A stretch of 24,000 bases of DNA from Pleomorphomonas sp. NRK KF1. Lineage in GTDB: Bacteria; Pseudomonadota; Alphaproteobacteria; Rhizobiales; Pleomorphomonadaceae. Positions 1 through 6,838 of the stretch are shown here, in pieces (position 1 is the stretch's first letter; every line of letters begins with the position of its first letter). A program made the position numbers and the translations under genes. A model generated the notes under the pieces. The model did no database searches and was not told the origin of the DNA. It was given only the letters and a program-made list of their open reading frames with translations. Location of the stretch: contig NZ_JAMDLH010000002.1 in NCBI RefSeq assembly GCF_023721755.1, positions 804,747 through 828,746 on the forward strand, in the 5' to 3' direction.

Positions 1-1
1 G

Positions 2-1051
2 GCAGCCGATCCGGTCTCGGAAGCGGTCACCCGCGCACGGCGCGACATCGCCACCCGCTTCGATCTCCATGAGCCTCCGCTTCTGAGGGCGCGGCTTGTC
101 CGGCTGACCGACGACGACGTGGTGGTGCTGCTCCTGCTCCACCACATCGTCGGCGACGGCTGGTCGTCGCGCCTTCTGGCACGCGAGCTGTCGGCCTTCT
201 ACGCCGCGGCGCGAACCGGACGAAACGAAGCACTTCCTCCCCTGCCGATCACCTACAAGGACTTCGCGGTATGGCAGCGAGGCCGCGACTGGAGCGCGGC
301 GGCCAGTTTCTGGCGGAGCCGCCTCGACGATGCGCCCGATCGCATCGCGCTGCCTAGCGAACGGCCGCTTTCGGACACTCAATCCTACCGGGGCGGAACT
401 AGCCGGCTGACCGTGCCGGAGGCGACGCTCGCCGCTCTCCATCGGTTTGCCCTCGATCGCCGCGTCACCATGGCAGCCGTAGGACTGGGGCTTTTCGCCG
501 CTCTCCTCTACCGCCTGACACGCCAGAACGATCTGGTCATCGGCATGGGCGTCGCAGGCCGTGACCGTCGCGAGCTGGAGGGGCTGATCGGCTTTTTCGT
601 CAACGTGCTGCCGCTGCGCCTGCATCTGGACGAGGACACCGAGGTGACGGAACTGGTTGACGCGGCACACGGGGCCATCCTCGAAGCGATGGAGCATCGC
701 GACTATCCGTTCGACCTTCTGGTGCGCGATGTGGCGCCGCAACGACGCTCGAACCGCCAGCCGCTGGTCAATGTCGTCTTCGAATATCAGCGCTTCGATG
801 CTCTGGCCGACAAGGTTGCGGACGGCCTGCCGCTCCGACCGGCGGAGGCCACACCGGATCGCCTCGACGAGGAACTCGCCCCGCTGATCGATGCGGCCTC
901 GGCCAAGCACGATCTCATCCTCTACTGGCAGGAAAGCGGCGCTCGGGGTGAGCTGGTCATGGAATACGATACCGACATCATCGACGCCGGCACGGCGGAT
1001 CGCTGGCTCGGCTATCTGCTTCGCTTCTCGGAAGCCGTTGCTGCCGAGTAG
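2..1051 (+). CDS. Nonribosomal peptide synthetase, C-terminal condensation (C) domain; 5' end lies upstream of the window
   Basis: Frame 2 is open from the window edge with no stop before 1049. The translation reads ...RFDLHEPPLLRARLVRLTDDDVVVLLLLHHIVGDGWS, which contains the C-domain catalytic motif HHxxxDG (nt 137-157). About 300 aa of typical C-domain C-terminal half follow (GFFVNVLPLRL, VNVVFEYQ). The track ORF 119-1051 is only the in-frame tail. Stop is TAG at 1049-1051. Confidence 0.9.
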   Translation, partial: AADPVSEAVTRARRDIATRFDLHEPPLLRARLVRLTDDDVVVLLLLHHIVGDGWSSRLLARELSAFYAAARTGRNEALPPLPITYKDFAVWQRGRDWSAAASFWRSRLDDAPDRIALPSERPLSDTQSYRGGTSRLTVPEATLAALHRFALDRRVTMAAVGLGLFAALLYRLTRQNDLVIGMGVAGRDRRELEGLIGFFVNVLPLRLHLDEDTEVTELVDAAHGAILEAMEHRDYPFDLLVRDVAPQRRSNRQPLVNVVFEYQRFDALADKVADGLPLRPAEATPDRLDEELAPLIDAASAKHDLILYWQESGARGELVMEYDTDIIDAGTADRWLGYLLRFSEAVAAE

Positions 1052-1057
1052 AATCCT

Positions 1058-4000
1058 TTGGGAGAATGGTTCGTGAAGATCGGCGACCTCGACTTTGAGA
1101 CGACCAAACCGGAACCCAGCCAGGCTTTGCCAAGCACCGGGGTCGAGACGATCGGTTCGGCCTTCGAGGCAGCGGCGGCGCGCCATCCGTCACGCATCGC
1201 GGTGGCCGATGAAGAGGGTAGCGAGACCTATGCCGAGCTCGCGGCCGAAGCCAGGCGCATCGCCGGCTTCGTTGCCCGGCTCGGCCTGCCGCCAGAGACG
1301 CCCGTCGGCGTCATGTTCGGCCGCAACCGCCGTTTCGTCACTGCGGCGCTCGGCGTGCTCTTGGCCGGCGCCGCCTATGTGCCGATAGACCCGCTGCTGC
1401 CCTTCGAGAGACGGCGGCGCATCCTCGACCTCAGCGCCGCGCCGCTCCTGATCTCCGAGGCGGCGTTCTGCCGCGACGCGCATCGCCTGCAGTGGCAATG
1501 CCCGGCCCTACGCGACCTCTTGATGGTCGATGCCGAGAGGGTGGATGACGTCATCGAAAAGGCCGGCGTGATGATGACCGGCGAGCTCTGGGATCACCTG
1601 GCCGGCGACGCCGCCGACGACATCGCCGCTGGCGGCTGGAAGAGCGCCTTTACCGGCGAGCCGCTGCCCGACGCCGCCATGACCGCCTTCGGTGACAACG
1701 CCCGACGCAAGACGGCGCCGCTCCTGGCTTCGGACGGCAGCGTTCTGGAGATCGGCTGCGCTTCGGGGTTCACCATGCGCCACGTGGCGCCGCAGGCCGG
1801 GCTCTATGTCGCCACCGACATTTCCCGTCGCAATGTGGAACGGGTCGACACCTGGGCGCACGCCCACGGCCTCGGACAGGTGACGACCCGCCAGCTGGCG
1901 GCCCACGACATCGACGTCTTCCCACCGGCGAGCTTCGACCTGATTGTCCTCAACAGCGTCATCGAGAACTTTCCCGGCTTTTCCTATCTGCGACAGGTTC
2001 TGGACAAGGCGCTGACCCTGCTCAAGCCCGGCGGCGCCATCTTCGCCGGCAGCATCTGGGACCTTGATCGCCGCGACGCCTATGTCGGCGATCTCCATGC
2101 CTTCGCCCGCGAGCATGCCGGCGAGGGGCTGAAGACCCTCTTGGACTTCTCCGAAGACCTGTTCGTGCCGCGCGCCTTCTTCGAAGACTGGGCCGCCGAG
2201 CGGGGCGGCAAGCCGAAGCTTGCCTTCAGCGCGGTCGAGGCGGACGGTTTCGAGCCGGCCGCCTATGCCTATGACGTCGTAATCCGGCAGGAGAATGGAC
2301 CGGAGGCTCCCCCCGCCAGGAAGTTCCGCCATGGCTCGGCGGCGCTGGGCGCCCCCGCCGCCACGCTGCCCCGTCTGACTCCGGATCGGCTGGCCTACGT
2401 GCTGTTCACGAGCGGCACCACCGGTGACCCGAAGGGGGTGATGATCGAGCATCACTCGGTGGTCAACCTCGCCCGGCACGTCGCCGACAGCCTGTTCGCC
2501 CTCTTGCCGACAGACCACGGCCTCAACGTTTCCTGCGTGTCCTCCTTCGCATTCGACAGCTCGGTCAAGCAGATCTTCGCCACGCTCATCAACGGACACA
2601 CGCTACATATCGCCGACGACGAGACCAAGCGGGACCCGACCAGGCTGAGAGCCTTCATCGAGACGCGAAAACTCGATCTCTGCGACATGACGCCCAGCCT
2701 GTTCGCCATGCTGGTCGACCATCTCGTCGACGCGGGCGCCGCGAGTTCGGCGCGCCTGTTCCTGCTCGGTGGCGAGGCGGTCCCGCCCGACCTGCTGCGG
2801 CGCTTCTATGCCATCGCCGGCCATGGCGATTGCCGGGTTGTCAACGCCTACGGCCCGACCGAGACCTGCGTTGCCGCCTGCCAGCACGTGATGACGTCGG
2901 TAAGCTGGAGCCAAACCCTGCCGCCGCCCATTGGCCAGCCGATCCATGGCGCGGTAATCGATATCTGCGACAAGACCGGGCGGCCAGTGCCCGATGGGGT
3001 CCCCGGCGAGCTCCGCATCGGCGGTGCTGGTGTCGGACGAGGCTACCTCAACGCACCGGAGCAGACAGGAGAGCGATTCGTCGGTTCCGGCGCCGATCGT
3101 CGCTATGTGAGCGGCGACATGGGGCGCCGGCTTCAGAACGGCCAGATCGCCTTTCTGGGACGCGTAGACCGACAGGTGAAGATTCGCGGCAACCGCATTG
3201 AGCTCGGGGAGGTCGAAGCGGCCATCACCGCCTACCCGCTGGTGCGCCGGGTGGCGGTGACGACGTACGACCCGCATGGCGGCGGCAATCCTTCGCTCGT
3301 CGGCTACGTGGTGCCCCGCCCCGGCTTCGATGTGGCCGACTGCAAGGCCGAGCTCGATGCCCGCCTGCCGCCGTTCATGGTGCCGTCATGGCTGATCCCT
3401 GTGGACGACATTCCGCTCAACCGCAGCGGCAAGCTCGACGAGACCCGTCTGCCTGCGCCTGCCATGGCCGTTTCCGCCCGGCCGGCGCGCGCGCCGACCA
3501 GCGAAACCGAACGCCGACTCGCCGCCATCTGGTCCGACGTTCTCGGTGCCGACGTCATCGACGCCGAAGCCGATTTCTTCACTCTGGGCGGGCACAGCGT
3601 TCTCGCCGTGCGGATCGTCGCGGATATCCAGCGCGCTTTCGGCCTGCGGCTGCCGCTTGCCGACTTCTTTGCCTTCCCGACGCTGGCGCAGCTCGCGGCC
3701 CGCATCGAGGCCCGCCGCCGCCATGAGGAGTGGCAGCCGGTCGTCGCCCTGAATGCCAGGGGGGCGCGGCCACCGATCGTCTGTTTCCATCCGGTCGGTG
3801 GCAACATCCTCTGCTACCAGCCGCTTTCGGAGCTGCTCGGCCCGGATCAGCCGCTTTACATGGTGCAGTCCTATGGGCTGGAGGAAGGCCAGCCGTTGCT
3901 TGCCTCGGTCGAGGAAATGGCGTCGTCCTATCTCGTCGCGCTTCGGGAGCGCCTGCCCAAGGGGCCTCTGGTCATGGCCGGCTGGAGCTTCGGCGGGCTT

Positions 4001-4558
4001 CTCGCCTACGAGGCAGCCCAACAAATGCTGCGTGTCGGCGGCGACGTGCGGGCGATCCTGCTTTTCGACACGGTGGCCGTGCCCGACCCGGTACGCGACC
4101 TCCTGCGCAAGGACGAAGCCGAGTATCTCGCTGCCCTGTTCTCCGAGCTCGGCATTGTCGATGCCGACACACTCCGCCCGCTGACGCCCGATGCGCGGCT
4201 TGATCTTCTCGTCGAGAGAGGAAAGGGCTCGCACCTGCTGCCCGATAGCGCCGACCGCTCGGGCATGCGCCGGTTGCTGGGCGTGTTCCAGAACAACGCG
4301 CTCGCTGCCGTGCGCTACAGGCCGTCCAGATGCGTGACGCGGAACGTCCTGCTCGTTCGCCCGAAGATTCTGACGGCGGCCGCGCCCGGCATCGCCGGGG
4401 ACGACAACAACGGCTGGAACGACGTCGTGGCGGATGGCGTCGACCTGCGCTGGATTGACGGCACCCACGGACAGATGCTTCAGGCGCCGCACGTCACCGA
4501 ACTCTGTGCCCATGTGGCGGACTACATGGAGCGGCTTCCCGCTACGGCAGAGGCGTGA
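1058..4558 (+). CDS. Nonribosomal peptide synthetase termination protein with adenylation (interrupted by a methyltransferase), thiolation and thioesterase domains
   Basis: 1166-aa ORF. A-domain core motifs seen are A1 ETYAEL, A2 LLAGAAYVPIDP, A3 LAYVLFTSGTTGDPKG (nt 2390-2437) and A4 FAFDSS. Also present are A5 NAYGPTE, A6 GELRIGGAGVGRGY, A7 YVSGD, A8 GRVDRQVKIRGNRIELGEVE and A10 NRSGKLD. The PCP motif is FFTLGGHS and the TE motifs are CFHPVGG and GWSFGG. The track start is TTG at 1058. GTG at 1073 sits 7 nt after GGGAGA (1060-1065) and is an equally plausible start. Confidence 0.93.
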   Translation: MGEWFVKIGDLDFETTKPEPSQALPSTGVETIGSAFEAAAARHPSRIAVADEEGSETYAELAAEARRIAGFVARLGLPPETPVGVMFGRNRRFVTAALGVLLAGAAYVPIDPLLPFERRRRILDLSAAPLLISEAAFCRDAHRLQWQCPALRDLLMVDAERVDDVIEKAGVMMTGELWDHLAGDAADDIAAGGWKSAFTGEPLPDAAMTAFGDNARRKTAPLLASDGSVLEIGCASGFTMRHVAPQAGLYVATDISRRNVERVDTWAHAHGLGQVTTRQLAAHDIDVFPPASFDLIVLNSVIENFPGFSYLRQVLDKALTLLKPGGAIFAGSIWDLDRRDAYVGDLHAFAREHAGEGLKTLLDFSEDLFVPRAFFEDWAAERGGKPKLAFSAVEADGFEPAAYAYDVVIRQENGPEAPPARKFRHGSAALGAPAATLPRLTPDRLAYVLFTSGTTGDPKGVMIEHHSVVNLARHVADSLFALLPTDHGLNVSCVSSFAFDSSVKQIFATLINGHTLHIADDETKRDPTRLRAFIETRKLDLCDMTPSLFAMLVDHLVDAGAASSARLFLLGGEAVPPDLLRRFYAIAGHGDCRVVNAYGPTETCVAACQHVMTSVSWSQTLPPPIGQPIHGAVIDICDKTGRPVPDGVPGELRIGGAGVGRGYLNAPEQTGERFVGSGADRRYVSGDMGRRLQNGQIAFLGRVDRQVKIRGNRIELGEVEAAITAYPLVRRVAVTTYDPHGGGNPSLVGYVVPRPGFDVADCKAELDARLPPFMVPSWLIPVDDIPLNRSGKLDETRLPAPAMAVSARPARAPTSETERRLAAIWSDVLGADVIDAEADFFTLGGHSVLAVRIVADIQRAFGLRLPLADFFAFPTLAQLAARIEARRRHEEWQPVVALNARGARPPIVCFHPVGGNILCYQPLSELLGPDQPLYMVQSYGLEEGQPLLASVEEMASSYLVALRERLPKGPLVMAGWSFGGLLAYEAAQQMLRVGGDVRAILLFDTVAVPDPVRDLLRKDEAEYLAALFSELGIVDADTLRPLTPDARLDLLVERGKGSHLLPDSADRSGMRRLLGVFQNNALAAVRYRPSRCVTRNVLLVRPKILTAAAPGIAGDDNNGWNDVVADGVDLRWIDGTHGQMLQAPHVTELCAHVADYMERLPATAEA
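1535..2365 (+). other. Class I SAM-dependent methyltransferase domain inserted between A-domain motifs A2 and A3 (approximate borders)
   Basis: A2 (aa ~101-112) and A3 (aa ~445-460) are about 335 aa apart, versus about 50-60 aa in ordinary A domains. The insert contains the Rossmann motif I-like VLEIGCASG (nt 1742-1768), an acidic post-I residue (YVATDIS), and the LNSVIENF and LLKPGGAIF motifs typical of class I methyltransferases. Confidence 0.8.
3500..3712 (+). other. Peptidyl carrier protein (thiolation) domain
   Basis: The sequence ERRLAAIWSDVLGADVIDAEADFFTLGGHSVLAVRIVADIQRAFG carries the phosphopantetheinylation motif GGHS (Ser codon at about nt 3596-3598). Confidence 0.88.
3764..4537 (+). 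other. Type I thioesterase (chain-release) domain
   Basis: Alpha/beta-hydrolase motifs are present: PPIVCFHPVGGN, the nucleophile elbow GWSFGG (Ser codon at about nt 3986) and the C-terminal WIDGTHGQML (putative catalytic His). It sits at the C-terminus directly after the PCP. Confidence 0.85.
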
Positions 4559-4718
4559 GGCCGGAGCAGTTCCTGCAAAGTGGGCACCAGTTTTGGGTGG
4601 GGAACCGCGTCTTGCAGGGTGAGCCTCTGAGCACTGGGCGCATCTTGGCTGTGATGTGCTCTGTTTTCGGCCGCCGTCCCGTCTGATTTTGAGGGGAATG
4701 TTTATGTCGATGGGGGAG

Positions 4719-4739
4719 CAAAAGAGTGACACAAGTCAC
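4719..4739 (-). terminator. Weak hairpin plus T-tract downstream of tRNA-Phe
   Basis: The minus strand reads GTGAC-TTGT-GTCAC followed by TCTTTTG, about 35 nt past the tRNA 3' end. The stem is only 5 bp. Confidence 0.3.
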
Positions 4740-4774
4740 AGAGACTTGAGTTATCGACGTTCCGTTGAGAGAGA

Positions 4775-4850
4775 TGGTGCCTGAGGGCGGAATTGAACCA
4801 CCGACACTACGATTTTCAGTCGCATGCTCTACCAACTGAGCTACTCAGGC
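4775..4850 (-). tRNA. tRNA-Phe (anticodon GAA), CCA encoded
   Basis: The minus strand reads GCCTGAG TA GCTC AGTTGGTA GAGC A TGCGA CTGAAAA TCGTA GTGTC GGTGG TTCAATT CCGCC CTCAGGC A CCA. This is a 76-nt cloverleaf with a 7-bp acceptor stem, D arm, anticodon loop CU-GAA-AA and a T arm with TTCAATT. Confidence 0.97.
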
Positions 4851-4902
4851 ACTTGCCGCGATCCACTGGATGTTTGGTGTCGTCCAACGGCGAAGCACGG
4901 GC

Positions 4903-4931
4903 CTTATAGATAGTCCGCGCGGACCTGTCCA
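4903..4931 (-). promoter_or_regulatory. Candidate sigma70-type promoter for tRNA-Phe
   Basis: The minus strand reads TGGACA, a 17-nt spacer, then TATAAG. The -10 element lies about 52 nt upstream of the mature tRNA 5' end. This is a consensus-like match only. Confidence 0.4.
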
Positions 4932-5036
4932 GAGGGTTTGACGGGAAAAATCAACTACGCCGGCAAGGAATGGAAAGGCGAGCCATTTCAAGGATGAAGA
5001 GCAACCCACCTCGTCGCGTTCCGGCGAGGCATCAGC

Positions 5037-5225
5037 TCAGGCGCGGCCGTCGCTCTCGTCGTCGGGCATGGGAAGATCGTCGTACTCGACGACGGGGATC
5101 GAATAGGAGCCCTTCAGCCACCTGTTGAGGTCGACGTCCTTGCAGCGCTTGCTGCAGAACGGCTTGAAGGCCGGATCGGTCGGTTCGCCGCAGTTGGGGC
5201 AGCGGGGGCCCTTCGGCGCGACCAT
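5037..5225 (-). CDS. yacG: DNA gyrase inhibitor YacG (zinc-finger protein)
   Basis: This is the last 62 codons of track ORF 5037-5891: [44 protein letters not shown]... It has the CxxC...CxxxC zinc ribbon and the conserved DLxxW tail. Its ATG overlaps the maf stop by 1 nt (TGATG). Confidence 0.85.
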   Translation of the reverse strand: MVAPKGPRCPNCGEPTDPAFKPFCSKRCKDVDLNRWLKGSYSIPVVEYDDLPMPDDESDGRA

Positions 5226-5854
5226 CAGGCGATCGCTCCGTCGGCCCAGCGCGCACGCACCGGATAGCGGGCGGATTCGAGCAGGTTGGCCGTCTCGTGC
5301 AGCGGCAGGCCGACGACCGAGGAGTAGGAACCCGACACGGACGCGACGAAGGCGCCGGCAAAACCCTGGACGGCATAGCCGCCGGCCTTGCCCTGCCACT
5401 CGCCGGAGGCGAGGTAGTCGGCCATCTCCTGCGACGACAGGCGCTTGAAGCGGATGCGCGTCTCGACCAGCTTTTCGCGCAGGCCGGACGGGGTGGCGAG
5501 CGCCAGCCCCGTGAAGACGCGATGGGTGCGGCCCGACAGAAGCGCGATGCAGCCCTCGGCATCGGCAAAGGTTTCGGCTTTCGGCAGGATGCGACGGCCG
5601 ACGGCGACGACGGTGTCGGCGGCGAGCACCAGCACCTCGCGGCCCGGATAGTCCTGCAGCGGCACGCGATGGGCGGCGACCTCCGCCTTGGCGCGGGCGA
5701 GACGGCGGGCGAGACGGCGCGGCAGCTCGGCCCGGCCGGGCGTCTCGTCGACGTCGGCCGGCAGCAGCAGGTCGGGCGCGATGCCGAGCTGGTTGAGCAG
5801 AGCCACGCGGCGCGGGCTTGCGGACGCCAGAACCAGAACGGGACGATTGGTCAT
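5225..5854 (-). CDS. maf: Maf-like nucleoside triphosphate pyrophosphatase (septum formation inhibitor family)
   Basis: [25 protein letters not shown]...[16 protein letters not shown]...[12 protein letters not shown] are hallmark Maf motifs. The start was chosen at the internal ATG 5854 (Met14 of the track ORF), which gives the usual short leader before LASxSPRR. Confidence 0.9.
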   Translation of the reverse strand: MTNRPVLVLASASPRRVALLNQLGIAPDLLLPADVDETPGRAELPRRLARRLARAKAEVAAHRVPLQDYPGREVLVLAADTVVAVGRRILPKAETFADAEGCIALLSGRTHRVFTGLALATPSGLREKLVETRIRFKRLSSQEMADYLASGEWQGKAGGYAVQGFAGAFVASVSGSYSSVVGLPLHETANLLESARYPVRARWADGAIA

Positions 5855-5892
5855 CGGGCTCACCTTCGCTGGCTTGGAGACAGCCTTCCACA

Positions 5893-5917
5893 CCCCGGAT
5901 CGAGCCGGGGCGGCTCG
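5893..5917 (-). promoter_or_regulatory. Two overlapping, mutually exclusive GC hairpins between infA and maf
   Basis: On the plus strand, CCCCGG-atcgag-CCGGGG (5893-5910) overlaps CGAGCCG-ggg-CGGCTCG (5901-5917). The element lies 18 nt downstream of the infA stop on the transcribed strand. No U-tract follows. Confidence 0.35.
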
Positions 5918-5934
5918 CCGCCTCCTTGCGTCGC

Positions 5935-6153
5935 TTACTTGAAGCGGTAGGTGATGCGGCCCTTGGTGAGGTCGTAGGGCGTCATCTCGACCAGAACCTT
6001 GTCGCCAGCCAGGACGCGGATGCGGTTCTTGCGCATGCGACCGGCGGTATGAGCGATGATTTCATGGTCGTTCTCGAGACGAACGCGGAAAGTCGCGTTG
6101 GGCAAAAGTTCCGAAACGACGCCTGGAAACTCCAGGACTTCTTCCTTGGTCAT
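5935..6153 (-). CDS. infA: Translation initiation factor IF-1
   Basis: The 72-aa product [72 protein letters not shown] is an unmistakable IF-1 S1-fold sequence. Confidence 0.98.
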   Translation of the reverse strand: MTKEEVLEFPGVVSELLPNATFRVRLENDHEIIAHTAGRMRKNRIRVLAGDKVLVEMTPYDLTKGRITYRFK

Positions 6154-6185
6154 GCGGGCATTGATCCGTTTTCGGGAATTGGTGG

Positions 6186-6199
6186 CGGATAACTATCCG
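6186..6199. promoter_or_regulatory. 14-bp near-perfect palindrome in the infA 5' region
   Basis: CGGATA-AC-TATCCG has 6-bp arms and a 2-bp centre. It lies about 33 nt upstream of the infA ATG. Function is unknown. Confidence 0.25.
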
Positions 6200-6286
6200 A
6201 AATGCGCTGCAAAATAAACTCCCCAGGCGGAAAAACGCCCAGAAAAGCGAGCGGATGGGCGGACATAACGGTCGGCGGCGCTTCGA

Positions 6287-6802
6287 TCAGCCGTTCTCCG
6301 CCTTCGCCCCCTCCTCGCGCACGCCCTCACGGCGCGGCTCGAAGGACGGCGTCCAGCCCAACCGCGCCTTGATGCGGGCCATGAGTTGGTCGCGGACCGC
6401 CCGATACTCGTCGAGGATGCGCTCGCGCGCGCCGGTGGCGAGCGTCGGGTCGGCGGTGGGCCAGTATTCGGCCTCGACCGAGTTGTAGCGCGTGTATTCG
6501 AGGGCGCGGTGATAGGCGTCGGGGGCGAGCGATATGATGAGGTCGAAGTTGCTGTCTTCGAGATCTTCAAAGGTCTGCGGCCTATGATGGGAGATGTCGA
6601 GGCCGATCTCATCCATCACCGTCACGGCGAAGGGATCGAGTTCGCCGCGGCGGGCGCCAGCCGAGTCGACAAAGATCTTGCCGGGAAACAGATGACGCGC
6701 GATGGCCGCCGCCATGGGCGAGCGCACCGCGTTGAACGAGCAGGCAAACAGCACCGCGCCGGGCTGCTTCACCTCCGCCTCTGTTTCCTCGTCGTCCGTC
6801 AT
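6287..6802 (-). CDS. Low-molecular-weight phosphotyrosine protein phosphatase / ArsC-like family protein
   Basis: The P-loop CX5R(S/T) is present as VLFACSFNAVRSPMAAAI. The size of 171 aa fits, with an acidic N-terminal tail MTDDEETEAE. A GGAGG Shine-Dalgarno lies 4 nt upstream of the ATG. Confidence 0.85.
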   Translation of the reverse strand: MTDDEETEAEVKQPGAVLFACSFNAVRSPMAAAIARHLFPGKIFVDSAGARRGELDPFAVTVMDEIGLDISHHRPQTFEDLEDSNFDLIISLAPDAYHRALEYTRYNSVEAEYWPTADPTLATGARERILDEYRAVRDQLMARIKARLGWTPSFEPRREGVREEGAKAENG

Positions 6803-6838
6803 GAGCCTCCAACCAGATAGCCGGAACCCTGCTCCGGC

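Noticed and set aside
4572-4618. A 7-bp inverted repeat CCTGCAA...TTGCAGG just after the NRPS stop codon.
   Set aside because: The 33-nt loop and missing U-tract make it a poor terminator. It is also too short to argue for a mobile-element terminal repeat.
1508-4732. Long minus-strand ORFs (363, 224, 167 and 448 aa) inside the NRPS gene.
   Set aside because: They are antisense to a continuous set of ordered NRPS core motifs (A1-A10, PCP, TE) and have no motif content of their own.
4704-4784. A 26-codon ORF (MSMGEQKSDTSHRDLSYRRSVERDGA) with GAGGGG upstream, in the NRPS-tRNA spacer.
   Set aside because: It is very short, has no recognisable features, and its 3' end runs antisense into the tRNA-Phe acceptor/T arm. 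It is most likely fortuitous.
4913-4924. A perfect 12-nt palindrome GTCCGCGCGGAC upstream of tRNA-Phe.
   Set aside because: It lies within the spacer of the candidate promoter. GC-rich short palindromes of this size are common by chance in this composition, and no second copy was seen in the window.
5037-5891. A 284-aa minus-strand ORF overlapping maf in another frame.
   Set aside because: Only its last 62 codons (yacG, 5037-5225) look like a real protein. The upstream part is Arg/Pro/Ala-rich out-of-frame read-through of maf.
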